A stretch of 59,232 bases of DNA from a virus (lineage: Duplodnaviria > Caudoviricetes): positions 1 to 59,232 of IMG/VR virus record IMGVR_UViG_3300033153_001737. One strand, written 5' to 3'. Each line of letters starts with the position of its first letter. The stretch's first letter is position 1. The notes below the pieces were generated by a model. The model ran no database searches. It was not told where the DNA came from and saw nothing but the letters and a program-made list of their open reading frames with translations. A program made the translations under genes and the position numbers. Positions 59,006-59,232 of this stretch are shown here, piece after piece.

Positions 59006-59232
59006 GGCGAAGACTGGATATTATTCCCAGATGCGGCTAATTTAGGACACGCATATGTTTACAGATATGGTCGCGTACTTGGCGCAATTTCAGCCGATGT
59101 AATTGACTTCGGTACTACTATTGGACAGCAGCCTGTCTACTAGTCTGTTGACGGCATTGTCAGAATTAGCGATGCTAATTTCGGGGCTAACAATTCAAAC
59201 AAGTGGCACGGCTACATTAAACGTACTCATTT
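59006..59232. repeat. Terminal direct repeat, right copy
   Basis: 227 nt matching 1-227 with 3 mismatches. Confidence 0.97.

Noticed and set aside
59141-59143. TAG stop-codon reassignment as in some crAss-like phages
   Set aside because: Long genes are intact under the standard code, no suppressor tRNA was seen, and this TAG is TAT in the other copy.

Overview
This window looks like an essentially complete tailed dsDNA phage genome of about 59.0 kb. Positions 1-227 repeat at 59006-59232 with 3 mismatches, and one ORF runs across the junction. There are two blocks. The + strand morphogenesis block (38225 through the junction to 17524) has a putative small terminase, a GroES-like protein, large terminase, portal, scaffold, major capsid protein, adaptor and tail proteins, a lysis cassette, a tail nozzle, three ejection-type proteins and a 3654-aa giant protein. 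The - strand early/replication block (about 37941 down to 17585) has many small ORFs, a Cas4-like exonuclease, a Rad52/Sak annealase, HNH-AP2, dUTPase, DUF932, a D12-class adenine methylase, DnaB, a RuvC-like resolvase and an MmcB-like nuclease. No tape measure, tail tube or sheath gene was recognised, which suggests a podovirus. The main finding is the giant protein. It carries the catalytic signature of a single-chain two-barrel RNA polymerase (DG...K...K, then RQP...DWDGD) together with an HExxH zincin module, like the virion RNA polymerase of crAss-like phages. Here it sits in a much smaller genome with no recognisable DNA polymerase or primase and with strong Shine-Dalgarno usage. Other points of interest are apparent total avoidance of GATC, several RNA structures with anti-Shine-Dalgarno potential in front of small membrane or virion genes, a structured non-coding region in the early block, and CBM-like domains in several virion proteins. 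All calls are by-eye motif recognition; no searches were run.
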